Of a stretch of DNA of 64,000 bases, positions 39,157 to 49,061 are shown piece by piece. The notes below the pieces were generated by a model. That model searched no databases. It saw only the letters and a program-made list of their open reading frames with translations, and was not told the DNA's origin. Both the position numbers and the translations under genes were made by a program. The stretch lies in NCBI RefSeq assembly GCF_003018115.1, contig NZ_CP027457.1; one strand, written 5' to 3'. Within the stretch, counting starts at the first letter, position 1, and every line of letters begins with the position of its first letter. The DNA is from Escherichia coli. Lineage in GTDB: Bacteria > Pseudomonadota > Gammaproteobacteria > Enterobacterales > Enterobacteriaceae.

Positions 39157-39180
39157 TGTTCATCATTTGCCCTATATATG

Positions 39181-39387
39181 TTAAGCGGTCGTTCCGCGCG
39201 CTTCTTGTTCGCGTTCTTTCATCCATGCGATTACGTCTTCCTCATACCATCCGCGACGGCGCAAACCGACACGAAAACCCTGCGGGAATTCTCCGGCGTT
39301 GATCATGCTTTGCAGCGTGCTGTCTGCCTTAATGTGGATAAGTTTTTTTACTTCCTGGCGAAAGATGACTTTTTTGATTGCTTCCAT
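39181..39387 (-). CDS. AlpA-family phage regulatory protein / excisionase-like (68 aa)
   Basis: The pattern ..LIHIKADSTLQSMINAGEFPQGFRVGLRRRGWYEEDVIAWM.. matches the MerR-like wHTH AlpA/Xis family signature (R.v.W...dV..W). Confidence 0.8.
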   Translation of the reverse strand: MEAIKKVIFRQEVKKLIHIKADSTLQSMINAGEFPQGFRVGLRRRGWYEEDVIAWMKEREQEARGTTA

Positions 39388-39406
39388 CGTGATTTACCTC
39401 ATTAAT

Positions 39407-39488
39407 CCGGTGTATTCCGGTGAGAAATACGGTAAATCATCGGATGCAGGGAAAAACAGTACTCACCGTTTTTAAACGGTATACACCG
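39407..39488. promoter_or_regulatory. Nested inverted repeat across the alpA promoter region
   Basis: CCGGTGTAT (39407-15) and CCGGTGAG (39417-24) pair with CTCACCG (39462-68) and ATACACCG (39481-88). Confidence 0.55.
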
Positions 39489-39520
39489 TTTTTTATATTG
39501 ATGATTTGAAAGGGATTTAT

Positions 39521-39546
39521 AAAAAAAGCGGCATTTCTGCCGCTTT
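39521..39546 (-). terminator. Rho-independent terminator after orf83
   Basis: Minus strand: GCGGCA-gaaa-TGCCGC followed by TTTTTTT. Confidence 0.7.
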
Positions 39547-39554
39547 CAGGATTG

Positions 39555-39806
39555 TTACCGCCATTTTTTTGGCCTGCCTCCGGTCTTCATGGATGCCGGA
39601 CGTACAACCTTATCAATACTTACAGCCAGATTTCTGGAAGCCCCACGGGATACCAGGAAATCTACTACCTGTTTTTTTGATGGGGCCGTCGTTCTGTCCT
39701 CCGGATCGTAGGTTGACCAAAATTCATGCTGAACCATCAGGGCCAGTTGCAGCCCGTCGCAATTGCATCTGAAATTTGTTTGCATCTTAACAGTTTCATT
39801 TTTCAA
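39555..39806 (-). CDS. Hypothetical protein (83 aa) downstream of int, basic C-terminus (GGRPKKWR)
   Basis: ORF between int and its terminator. No confident family assignment. Confidence 0.45.
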   Translation of the reverse strand: MKNETVKMQTNFRCNCDGLQLALMVQHEFWSTYDPEDRTTAPSKKQVVDFLVSRGASRNLAVSIDKVVRPASMKTGGRPKKWR

Positions 39807-39883
39807 GGCCTCGTCGTTAAATGTGATGCAATTATACGACGGTTTTAAATGGTTTTCGTAGTTTTTACTGGTTTTCTGTACAG

Positions 39884-41125
39884 CTAAACGGCTCGGATAC
39901 CCCTTTTACCACTGGCGAGGGTTACGCCCGTCGCCGCAGCCTCGACAAATTCGCCCCACCAGCGCATAAGCACGATGCGTTTTTCTATGTAGTTGCTCCG
40001 GTTGTATGCCCGTCTGACTTCGTTGGTGTCGACGTGGGCAAGTGCGGCCTCTATTACGTCCGGCTCAAAGCCTTCTTCGTTCGCTGCTGTGCTGAATATG
40101 GCGCGTAATCCATGAGACACCAGCACGCCAGCGAATCCCATGCGTCGTAATGCTGCGTTAGCGGTCTGGCTGTTCATCGGCTGCTGTGGGTCTTTCAGAC
40201 TCGGGAAAACATAATCGCGGTGGTGGCTGATTGGTTTCATAGCCTCCAGCACTGCCATAGCCTGGTCACAAAGCGGGATAACGTGGTCGCGGCGCATCTT
40301 CATGCGTCCGGCGGGTATGGTCCAGCGTTGCGCTTCCATGTCGATTTCTTCCCAGCGTGCCGACGATGCTTCAACGGGACGGGTTACGGTCAGTAACTGC
40401 CATTCAATCAGTAATCTGGTCTGCCGTTCTGTTGCCGATACTGATAAAGCCTGCATAAGCTCCGGCAGCTGTTCGGGGCGGATTGTTGGCATATGTTTTT
40501 TTACAGGGGAGGGGAACGCCTTACGCACATTCATAGCCGGATTGGCATCAATCATCCCACTATTGGCGGCGTAATCCATTACCTCATTTATACGCTGTAA
40601 AACTCGCTTGAGCGTTTCCAGGTTGCCACGTTCCTTGATGGGGGTAAGCACCTCAACGAACCTGCGAGCGGTCAGGGTGTCTATTGGCGTGTTGCCGATG
40701 AACGGGAATACATATTTTTCCAGCGATCGCCAGATGTCTTTAATCGTATTGGGGGCCAGATTCTGGCTGATTTTCACCTGGTACCATGCTGTTGCCACAT
40801 TTTCGAACGTGTTCCCTTGTCTTCGGGCCTCTGTCTCTCTTTTTTGCCTCTCGTGGTCCTGCGGGTCAGTTCCGGCACGAATTAACGCCCTGTACTCGCT
40901 ACGGCGTTTTCTGGCATCAGCCAGGGAAACATCATCAAGCGATCCAAAACTCAGCAATATTCTTTTTTTGTCCGATGGTCGGTAGTAGGAAAATCTCCAG
41001 AGTTTTGATCCGGACGGTTTGATCAGGAGAAAAAGCCCTCCGCCGTCCTGTAGGGTGTATTCCTTTTCTGCTGGTCTGGCTGCTTTGATCTGTACTGTGG
41101 TTAATGGGGGTGTTTTTCTCGCCAT
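39884..41125 (-). CDS. Tyrosine integrase, P4-type (413 aa)
   Basis: N-terminal DUF4102-like arm-binding region (LTTVQIKAARPAEKEYTLQDGGGLFLLIKPSGSKLWRF). C-terminal catalytic motifs (HGLRAIFST..AHVDTNEVRRAYNRSNY). Adjacent to the tRNA. Confidence 0.92.
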   Translation of the reverse strand: MARKTPPLTTVQIKAARPAEKEYTLQDGGGLFLLIKPSGSKLWRFSYYRPSDKKRILLSFGSLDDVSLADARKRRSEYRALIRAGTDPQDHERQKRETEARRQGNTFENVATAWYQVKISQNLAPNTIKDIWRSLEKYVFPFIGNTPIDTLTARRFVEVLTPIKERGNLETLKRVLQRINEVMDYAANSGMIDANPAMNVRKAFPSPVKKHMPTIRPEQLPELMQALSVSATERQTRLLIEWQLLTVTRPVEASSARWEEIDMEAQRWTIPAGRMKMRRDHVIPLCDQAMAVLEAMKPISHHRDYVFPSLKDPQQPMNSQTANAALRRMGFAGVLVSHGLRAIFSTAANEEGFEPDVIEAALAHVDTNEVRRAYNRSNYIEKRIVLMRWWGEFVEAAATGVTLASGKRGIRAV

Positions 41126-41156
41126 ATGCTTATGATTCCAAACGAAAAAACAGGGT

Positions 41157-41212
41157 TTTAGTTATACGGCTTTAGTTATACGTCAGCCCGTATAACTAAA
41201 CGTATAACTAAA
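41157..41212. promoter_or_regulatory. Four 12-mers (2 direct TTTAGTTATACG + 2 inverted CGTATAACTAAA) upstream of int
   Basis: Copies at 41157-68, 41171-82, 41189-200 and 41201-12. Same motif as 30579-30602 at the other island end. Confidence 0.6.
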
Positions 41213-41215
41213 AAA

Positions 41216-41336
41216 TCCGGCTGATAGCTTATAAATCCGGTGATGTTCGGTGACTAAAAACCATAAAAAAACCCGCCAATCAAGTAATTGGCGGGCTATC
41301 CCTGTCTTATTCGATGATTTCCGGTGGTATCCGGTG
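41216..41336. promoter_or_regulatory. Cluster of TCCGGTG-type motifs between int and the att core
   Basis: TCCGGCTG at 41216, TCCGGTG at 41236, TTCGGTG at 41246, TCCGGTG at 41320 and 41330. The same heptamer occurs twice in the alpA promoter (39406-39424). Confidence 0.5.
41264..41295 (-). terminator. Rho-independent terminator downstream of proL (supplied by island DNA)
   Basis: Minus strand: CCCGCCAAT-loop-ATTGGCGGG followed by TTTTTTT. Confidence 0.7.
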
Positions 41337-41358
41337 GGCGATTTGGTCGGCACGAGAG
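41337..41358. repeat. tRNA-proximal att repeat
   Basis: GGCGATTTGGTCGGCACGAGAG. Pairs with 30496-30517. Confidence 0.75.
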
Positions 41359-41420
41359 GATTTGAACCTCCGACCCCCGACACCCCATGACGGTGCGCTA
41401 CCAGGCTGCGCTACGTGCCG
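41344..41420 (-). tRNA. proL: tRNA-Pro (anticodon GGG)
   Basis: Reverse complement is CGGCACGTAGCGCAGCCTGGTAGCGCACCGTCATGGGGTGTCGGGGGTCGGAGGTTCAAATCCTCTCGTGCCGACCA (77 nt, encoded CCA, T-loop GGTTCAAATCC, U-GGG-G anticodon loop). Confidence 0.93.
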
Positions 41421-41494
41421 ACTCGTGGCTGTTAATACTACCGTTTTCCACACCGATTGCAAGTAAGATATTTCGCTAACTGATTTATAATTAA

Positions 41495-43255
41495 TCAGTT
41501 AGCGATAAAACGCTTCTCGTCTGTCAGCACTTGCAATAACAAACTTAACTGTGGTTTTTCATCTTTCACTCTTTCACCACGTAAGTTGTAAGTGCGGTAT
41601 TTACCGTTATTGTTCAGCACCAGCGTCTTTTTCGGGGTGGTAATTGCCAGCGTATCGTTATCCGCTGCGGTAACCCAGTAATGACGGCGTTGAGGGTTGA
41701 ACAAATCCTGACCTTGCGAATATTCGCTGGCAGGTGTGCTGACATGTAGCAGGCGTTGCATCAGCGTCGTCATCAGATCGGTATGATCAGTCAGCGCATT
41801 AATACGCTGCGCCGGCGTGCCTGGCCAGTGAATCACTAATGGCACCTGCAGATGACCGTGGGACCAGTCAAAGGTTTCTTCCTCTTCGCTCAGTGGAATA
41901 CCCCGACCGGCAGTGATAATCACTACCGTATTGTCCAGTTTGCCAGAATCACGCAGTGCATTGAGCACGCGGTTGATCTGGTCATCGACATTGCCTGCCG
42001 CCCGGCTATATTTCCGTGCAAAAGCCTGCTGATTGCTGTCGTCAATGTTAGTACCATTGAAAGAGACCCACGAGAACCAGCGGTTATCTTCTTGTGCGTA
42101 GCGGCCCAGCCAGTTGATCCACTGCGTGGCGGTCTGCTCGTCGGATTGGGTGCGTACGCTCGGCATCGAGAAATCTGACAACAATGCCTGGCGATACAGC
42201 GGGCTGGTAAAGCCATCTGATGAGAATAACCCCAGCTGATAGCCTTGCTGATTAAGCGCAGTAATTAATGCCGCAGGCGTACGGGTCGACAGAATGCCGT
42301 CCATATAGCTCGGCGAGATGCCATAGAACAGGCCAAAGATGCCGTTGTCTGTAGTGTTGCCGGAGCTCATATGGCGCGTGAACGAAATATTTTGCTCAGC
42401 AAAACCTGCCAGCGCAGGCATCTGCTTCTCGAAGCGTGAGTAGTTCAGGCCATCGACAGTAATCAACAGCACATTCTGCCCGGTGCCCATATCGCGATAG
42501 CGCAGTTCGCTTAACGGATACTGAACGGAAACGGCGTCTGGATTACCTTGCTCAATAAGACGGCGTTGATACTCCTGCGCATCAAGCAGGCCATGCTTCT
42601 CAAGAAAACGTCGCGCCGTCATCGGGTACGAAAGCGGCAGGTTAGCGCGCTGCATGGTGATCGGGCGATAGAAGTTGGCATCGGCCCAGATATACACCAC
42701 ATGCGAGGCGATAAAGGCGATAAATAAGAATGCGGCCAGCGGGCGCGCGAAGCGTCGACGACGCGTCAGGCTGCGCAGCTTTTGCCAGCTCCACGTCGCA
42801 AACACCAGTTCAAGCAATAAAATAACCGGAACGCTGATGAACATCAGCTGCCAGTCGCGCGCCATCTCATTTTCGTCTGGGTTGATAACCAGTTGCCAGA
42901 CGATGGGATTAAGATGGAGATGGAAACGAGTAAAGACTTCGCTATCGATCAGTAATAGCGTCATTCCCGCCGTTGCCAGAATGACGGACAAAAACCTCAT
43001 CAGCCTCTGGGAGCCGACGATAAAGGTCAGCGGGAAGAGGATCAGCAAGTAGGCGGCGAACACCAGGAAGCTGAAATGGCCGATGATGCTTACGTAGGAA
43101 TAAATGCGACCAGCAAGCGTGGTCGGCCAGTCGGCGATAAACAGGTAACGGCTGCCAATGACGAGCGAAAGCAGAATATTGAACAGTGCAAACCAGTGCC
43201 CCCAACTGACCATCTGGGAGACTTTTTCACGGTAGCGCTGACGATGAGTTACCAT
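41495..43255 (-). CDS. yejM: Inner membrane protein YejM (PbgA/LapC), sulfatase-like periplasmic domain
   Basis: 586 aa with five N-terminal TM helices plus a C-terminal domain. Remembered sequence and context. Confidence 0.93.
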   Translation of the reverse strand: MVTHRQRYREKVSQMVSWGHWFALFNILLSLVIGSRYLFIADWPTTLAGRIYSYVSIIGHFSFLVFAAYLLILFPLTFIVGSQRLMRFLSVILATAGMTLLLIDSEVFTRFHLHLNPIVWQLVINPDENEMARDWQLMFISVPVILLLELVFATWSWQKLRSLTRRRRFARPLAAFLFIAFIASHVVYIWADANFYRPITMQRANLPLSYPMTARRFLEKHGLLDAQEYQRRLIEQGNPDAVSVQYPLSELRYRDMGTGQNVLLITVDGLNYSRFEKQMPALAGFAEQNISFTRHMSSGNTTDNGIFGLFYGISPSYMDGILSTRTPAALITALNQQGYQLGLFSSDGFTSPLYRQALLSDFSMPSVRTQSDEQTATQWINWLGRYAQEDNRWFSWVSFNGTNIDDSNQQAFARKYSRAAGNVDDQINRVLNALRDSGKLDNTVVIITAGRGIPLSEEEETFDWSHGHLQVPLVIHWPGTPAQRINALTDHTDLMTTLMQRLLHVSTPASEYSQGQDLFNPQRRHYWVTAADNDTLAITTPKKTLVLNNNGKYRTYNLRGERVKDEKPQLSLLLQVLTDEKRFIAN

Positions 43256-43274
43256 AACCTGTTATCTGTTTCCC

Positions 43275-43502
43275 TTAGTGCGCTTTGTCTTCGTTGATAG
43301 AGGACTGTAAGGCGCGGGCAAAAGAGTTGGCAATTGCCTGGCGTTGGGCCGGGGCAATGCTGGTGTTGATAAGGTTAGTGACCATGTTGCCTAACACCAT
43401 CAGGGAAAGGTCGGTCGGAGCCTTATGTTTTTCCAGTACGTTGAGCAGCTCTGCGAGCAATTGTTCAACCTGTTCATCACTGTAGCGGGAAATTTGTGGC
43501 AT
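43275..43502 (-). CDS. yejL: UPF0352 protein YejL
   Basis: 75 aa, [39 protein letters not shown].. Confidence 0.9.
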
Positions 43503-43683
43503 AAATCGAAATCAGTTAGTTGATGAAAGGGCAACATATTACCGTAGCAACGGTTTTTTTTCTGCTTTTTTATGCGTTAAATCATTCTCGTTACGCTGCC
43601 TTCTGTAAAATGACCGCCATCTTTTATTGCGTCGCTTAACCGGCGGTGGTTGAATACCGCCCGGTCTTAAAGGAGAGTTTATC

Positions 43684-44691
43684 ATGAGTCTGGATATCAA
43701 CCAGATTGCTCTGCACCAGCTTATCAAGCGTGATGAGCAGAACCTTGAGCTGGTGTTGCGCGATTCATTGCTGGAACCGACAGAAACCGTCGTTGAGATG
43801 GTGGCAGAACTGCATCGGGTCTATAGCGCCAAAAATAAAGCTTACGGCTTGTTTAGCGAAGAGAGTGAACTGGCGCAGACGCTGCGCTTACAGCGTCAGG
43901 GCGAAGAGGACTTTCTGGCATTTAGCCGCGCGGCAACCGGTCGCCTGCGTGACGAATTAGCGAAATATCCTTTTGCTGACGGTGGATTCGTGCTGTTTTG
44001 CCACTACCGTTATCTGGCGGTGGAGTATCTGCTGGTGGCAGTCCTGAGCAACCTGAGCAGTATGCGCGTTAACGAAAATCTCGACATCAACCCAACCCAT
44101 TATCTTGATATCAATCATGCGGATATTGTTGCGCGTATCGATTTAACCGAATGGGAAACCAATCCAGAGTCCACCCGCTATCTCACTTTCCTGAAAGGGC
44201 GAGTAGGGCGCAAAGTGGCGGATTTCTTTATGGATTTCCTCGGGGCCAGCGAAGGGTTAAACGCGAAAGCGCAAAACCGTGGGCTGTTGCAAGCGGTTGA
44301 TGATTTCACTGCCGAAGCACAACTGGATAAAGCAGAGCGACAGAACGTGCGCCAGCAGGTTTATAGCTACTGTAATGAGCAGCTGCAGGCAGGCGAAGAG
44401 ATCGAACTGGAATCGCTGTCGAAAGAGCTGGCAGGCGTCAGCGAAGTGAGCTTCACGGAGTTTGCGGCTGAAAAAGGCTACGAACTGGAAGAGAGCTTCC
44501 CGGCAGACCGTAGCACACTGCGTCAGTTGACGAAGTTTGCCGGTAGCGGCGGTGGCTTGACTATTAATTTTGATGCGATGCTGTTGGGCGAACGGATTTT
44601 CTGGGATCCGGCGACCGATACCCTGACTATTAAAGGCACGCCGCCGAATTTGCGCGATCAATTGCAGCGCCGGACGTCCGGCGGCAATTAA
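43684..44691 (+). CDS. yejK: Nucleoid-associated protein YejK (NdpA)
   Basis: 335 aa, [30 protein letters not shown].. Confidence 0.93.
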
Positions 44692-44702
44692 TCGGTTTTG
44701 TG

Positions 44703-44745
44703 TTCTGAATGCCAGATGCGGCGTGAACGCCTTATCTGGCCTGCA
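44703..44745. repeat. REP element
   Basis: GCCAGATGCGGCGTGAACGCCTTATCTGGCCTGC. Confidence 0.75.
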
Positions 44746-44785
44746 AAAAATAGCAATACCGTAATCAGGCATAATCTGCAGATAC

Positions 44786-44813
44786 AAAAAACCCCGCCGG
44801 AGCGGGGTTTTTT
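44786..44813. terminator. Bidirectional terminator between yejK and rplY
   Basis: AAAAAA-CCCCGC-cgga-GCGGGG-TTTTTT. Confidence 0.75.
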
Positions 44814-44829
44814 ACAACTTATTCAGCAA

Positions 44830-45222
<393 letters not shown>

Positions 45223-45238
45223 TCAATCAAAACTACCA

Positions 45239-46999
45239 TTAACCGCGTAATTCGTGCGCCCGACGAAAACGACCTTCGTAATCGAACACTTTTTCACGCA
45301 CTTGCCAGTACTGACCTTTCATGCGGGCAACGACAAAATCCGGGTGTCGCAATAAGGCTTGCTGGGCGAGGATATCGGCGGCGGTGATCCAGCGCAGAGG
45401 GATGCCCGGTGTGCGCGTATGCGGGCGGATAAAAAGCTGCTCGAAGGCAGTTCGCTGGGCGGGCGTTTGCAGACGGAAACGCTCACTCACATCCGCACCG
45501 TCTTCATCGTAATAGGTGATTTTCAACCATTCGCCTTTCTCGTCGTGCCCATGCTGCAAAGACATGCCGCTACAGCGTAATACCAGCGCATCTTTCAGTC
45601 GTAGCGCCGCTTTTAACATATCATCCGGATCAACCAGTACCGTGTCACATTCGCGGCAGCGGCGGGCGGCAATATCGTTTTCCGCGTTACATTGCGGGCA
45701 ATTTTTAAAACGGAAACGGAAATCACACTGTTCGCGATGACCGTCGTCATCTTCAAACCATCCCTGACAACGACGACCAAAGTGTTCAATCAATGTCCCG
45801 TCAGCGGTCGTTTTCCCCCAAAAGGTGTTGGCAAAACCGCAGGCAGGGCAGAAAACTTGTACCGGGACGTTGTCACTTTTGCCTTTCGGTGTACCAACTT
45901 CCGGCGCGTAGAGATCGTGAGGATTACCCGCATAATCAAGAATTAAACAATCAGTCTTGCCCGGAGCGAGACGCAGACCGCGCCCGACAATTTGTTGGTA
46001 AAGACTCACTGATTCGGTAGGGCGCAGAATGGCGATAAGATCGACGTGCGGGGCGTCAAATCCGGTGGTCAGTACTGCGACGTTGACCAGATAGCGAAAA
46101 CGCTGGGCTTTAAAATCTTCAATTAACACATCGCGCTCAGCGCCGGGGGTGTCGCCAGTAATCAGTGCAGCATCTTCGGCGGGTAGTAATCCCACAATCT
46201 CTTTTGCGTGTTCAACGGTGGCGGCGAAAATCATCACCCCTTTGCGCGTTGCAGCAAACTCCATAATCTGGCTGATGATGTGCGGGGTAATACGTTGTTG
46301 TTTTTTTAGCTCGCGGTTGAGATCGGCTTCGCTGAATAGCCCGTTACTCTGTGCCTGCAAGCGGCTGAAATCGTATTGCACTACTGGCATATCCAGTCGT
46401 TCTGGCGGCGTCAGATAGCCGTGTTTAATCATATAACGCAGCGGCAGTTCATAAATGCAGTCACGGAAAAGGGCTTTCTCATCGCCGCGTACCATGCCGT
46501 GATAATGGAACTGGTAGATCCAGCCTTTGCCCAGTCGAAAAGGCGTGGCAGTCAGCCCCAGCAGGCGTAAGTGGGGATTCACTTTTGTCAGGTGAGTGAG
46601 GATTTGCTGATACTGGCTCTCTTCATCGTCACCAATACGGTGGCATTCATCGACAATCAACAGCGAAAATTCACCCTGAAAGGCATCAAGATTACGGGCG
46701 ACCGACTGCACGCTGCCAAATACCACTTTACCATGGCTCTCTTTGCGCTTTAGCCCGGCGGCAAAAATATCGGCTTCCAGCCCCAGCGCCTGATACTTTG
46801 CATGGTTTTGCGCCACCAGTTCTTTAACGTGTGCCAGCACCAGCACGCGACCACGAGCCAGCCGCGCAAGTTCCGCTATCACCAGGCTTTTACCTGCACC
46901 GGTGGGCAGCACGATAACGGCAGGGGTTTTATGATGACGAAAATGGTTGAGCGTGGCATCCACGGCTTCTTGCTGATATGGGCGGAGTGTAAAAATCAT
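45239..46999 (-). CDS. radD: ATP-dependent helicase RadD (YejH)
   Basis: 586 aa SF2 helicase (PTGAGKS, DECH) with a C-terminal zinc-finger region (CPACG..CPQC). Confidence 0.93.
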   Translation of the reverse strand: MIFTLRPYQQEAVDATLNHFRHHKTPAVIVLPTGAGKSLVIAELARLARGRVLVLAHVKELVAQNHAKYQALGLEADIFAAGLKRKESHGKVVFGSVQSVARNLDAFQGEFSLLIVDECHRIGDDEESQYQQILTHLTKVNPHLRLLGLTATPFRLGKGWIYQFHYHGMVRGDEKALFRDCIYELPLRYMIKHGYLTPPERLDMPVVQYDFSRLQAQSNGLFSEADLNRELKKQQRITPHIISQIMEFAATRKGVMIFAATVEHAKEIVGLLPAEDAALITGDTPGAERDVLIEDFKAQRFRYLVNVAVLTTGFDAPHVDLIAILRPTESVSLYQQIVGRGLRLAPGKTDCLILDYAGNPHDLYAPEVGTPKGKSDNVPVQVFCPACGFANTFWGKTTADGTLIEHFGRRCQGWFEDDDGHREQCDFRFRFKNCPQCNAENDIAARRCRECDTVLVDPDDMLKAALRLKDALVLRCSGMSLQHGHDEKGEWLKITYYDEDGADVSERFRLQTPAQRTAFEQLFIRPHTRTPGIPLRWITAADILAQQALLRHPDFVVARMKGQYWQVREKVFDYEGRFRRAHELRG

Positions 47000-47147
47000 G
47001 ATCTCGCGTAGGTAGATTATTCTGCTAATAGTATGCCACGGTTCTTTTTCCCTTGAGGGAAGTTATTAGACCGCTATACTGGGCAGACAACAGTTCAGAT
47101 TTTCGGGTCAATGCCCGACCTCCGTTTTTACAGGCAAAATCACACAC

Positions 47148-47843
47148 ATGCGACTTGATAAATTTATCGCACAGCAACTCGGCGTTAGCCGTGCTATTGC
47201 CGGGCGTGAAATCCGCGGCAATCGTGTCACCGTCGATGGCGAAATCGTCCGTAATGCAGCGTTCAAACTGCTTCCTGAACATGATGTCGCTTATGATGGC
47301 AACCCGCTGGCGCAGCAACACGGTCCACGTTACTTCATGCTCAATAAGCCTCAGGGCTATGTTTGCTCCACGGACGACCCTGATCACCCAACGGTGCTCT
47401 ATTTTCTGGATGAACCAGTGGCGTGGAAACTGCACGCCGCAGGGCGGCTGGATATCGATACCACCGGTCTGGTACTAATGACAGATGATGGTCAGTGGTC
47501 GCACCGCATTACTTCTCCGCGCCATCATTGCGAGAAGACCTATCTGGTGACGCTGGAATCGCCCGTAGCTGACGATACGGCAGAGCAATTTGCTAAAGGC
47601 GTGCAGCTGCATAACGAAAAAGATCTCACTAAGCCGGCGGTGCTGGAAGTGATTACCCCAACGCAGGTTCGTCTGACCATCAGCGAAGGGCGTTATCATC
47701 AGGTGAAACGCATGTTCGCCGCTGTGGGTAACCATGTGGTTGAGCTGCATCGTGAACGTATTGGCGGCATTACGCTGGATGCTGATTTAGCCCCCGGTGA
47801 ATATCGTCCGTTAACTGAAGAAGAAATTGCCAGCGTCGTCTAA
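47148..47843 (+). CDS. rsuA: 16S rRNA pseudouridine516 synthase RsuA
   Basis: 231 aa. S4 domain plus [16 protein letters not shown] catalytic motif. Confidence 0.95.
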
Positions 47844-47870
47844 TTTTTCAATGACTTTCAGGAGCCCGTT

Positions 47871-49061
47871 GTGACCACCCGACAGCATTCGTCGTTTGCT
47901 ATTGTTTTTATCCTTGGCCTGCTGGCCATGTTGATGCCGCTGTCGATTGATATGTATCTGCCCGCGCTACCGGTAATTTCAGCGCAGTTTGGCGTACCGG
48001 CGGGCAGTACGCAGATGACCCTCAGTACTTATATTCTGGGCTTTGCGTTGGGGCAGTTAATCTACGGGCCGATGGCAGACAGCTTCGGGCGTAAGCCGGT
48101 GGTTCTTGGCGGTACGCTGGTGTTTGCCGCCGCCGCGGTGGCGTGTGCGTTGGCACAAACCATCGATCAGCTGATTGTGATGCGTTTCTTCCACGGGCTG
48201 GCGGCGGCTGCGGCCAGCGTGGTTATCAACGCTTTGATGCGTGATATCTACCCGAAAGAAGAGTTCTCGCGGATGATGTCGTTTGTCATGCTGGTGACAA
48301 CCATTGCACCGCTGATGGCACCGATAGTTGGCGGCTGGGTGCTGGTGTGGCTGAGCTGGCATTACATCTTCTGGATCCTCGCCGTGGCGGCGATTCTGGC
48401 TTCGGCAATGATCTTCTTTCTGATCAAAGAAACCTTACCACCGGAGCGTCGCCAGCCTTTTCACATTCGTACCACTATTGGTAACTTTGCGGCGCTGTTC
48501 CGTCATAAGCGTGTCCTGAGTTATATGCTGGCCAGTGGTTTCAGCTTTGCCGGGATGTTCTCGTTCTTAAGCGCCGGACCGTTTGTCTACATTGAAATTA
48601 ACCACGTCGCGCCGGAAAACTTTGGTTATTACTTTGCACTAAACATTGTCTTCCTGTTCGTGATGACCATCTTTAATAGCCGCTTCGTTCGCCGCATTGG
48701 CGCGTTAAATATGTTCCGCTCGGGGTTGTGGATACAATTTATTATGGCAGCGTGGATGGTCATCAGTGCGCTGCTGGGGCTGGGATTCTGGTCGCTGGTG
48801 GTTGGCGTTGCGGCGTTTGTGGGCTGCGTGTCGATGGTGTCATCCAATGCGATGGCGGTCATTCTTGATGAGTTTCCCCATATGGCGGGAACGGCATCTT
48901 CGCTGGCAGGAACCTTCCGTTTTGGCATAGGGGCAATTGTTGGCGCATTGCTTTCTCTTGCGACCTTTAACTCTGCATGGCCGATGATTTGGTCAATTGC
49001 ATTCTGCGCAACCAGCTCCATTCTCTTCTGTCTGTACGCCAGTCGGCCGAAAAAACGGTGA
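47871..49061 (+). CDS. bcr: MFS efflux transporter Bcr (bicyclomycin/multidrug)
   Basis: 396 aa, 12-TM MFS with [11 protein letters not shown] motif. GTG start. Confidence 0.93.
   Translation: MTTRQHSSFAIVFILGLLAMLMPLSIDMYLPALPVISAQFGVPAGSTQMTLSTYILGFALGQLIYGPMADSFGRKPVVLGGTLVFAAAAVACALAQTIDQLIVMRFFHGLAAAAASVVINALMRDIYPKEEFSRMMSFVMLVTTIAPLMAPIVGGWVLVWLSWHYIFWILAVAAILASAMIFFLIKETLPPERRQPFHIRTTIGNFAALFRHKRVLSYMLASGFSFAGMFSFLSAGPFVYIEINHVAPENFGYYFALNIVFLFVMTIFNSRFVRRIGALNMFRSGLWIQFIMAAWMVISALLGLGFWSLVVGVAAFVGCVSMVSSNAMAVILDEFPHMAGTASSLAGTFRFGIGAIVGALLSLATFNSAWPMIWSIAFCATSSILFCLYASRPKKR

Larger units (their letters stand above)
30496..41358 (-). mobile_element. ~10.9-kb integrated phage-satellite-like island at tRNA-Pro (proL)
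   Basis: Imperfect direct repeat GATTT(TT)GGTCG(G)CACGAGAG at both ends; the right copy is the tRNA 3' end. P4-type integrase next to the tRNA. The same tandem 12-mers occur near both ends. Gene content: AlpA, replication ATPase, capsid protein. It interrupts the yejO-proL neighbourhood I remember from K-12. Confidence 0.85.

Noticed and set aside
37736-39226. 496-aa minus-strand ORF, the largest ORF in the island's control region
   Set aside because: It runs antisense through four plus-strand genes that have SD sequences, and through terminator hairpins and operator palindromes. Its translation is Cys/Ser/Arg-rich and repetitive with no domain-like segments, and it has no SD. It is most likely an open antisense frame, not a gene.
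41183-41383. 66-aa minus-strand ORF overlapping tRNA-Pro and its terminator
   Set aside because: It is a translation of the tRNA gene and the att/repeat region, so it is not coding.
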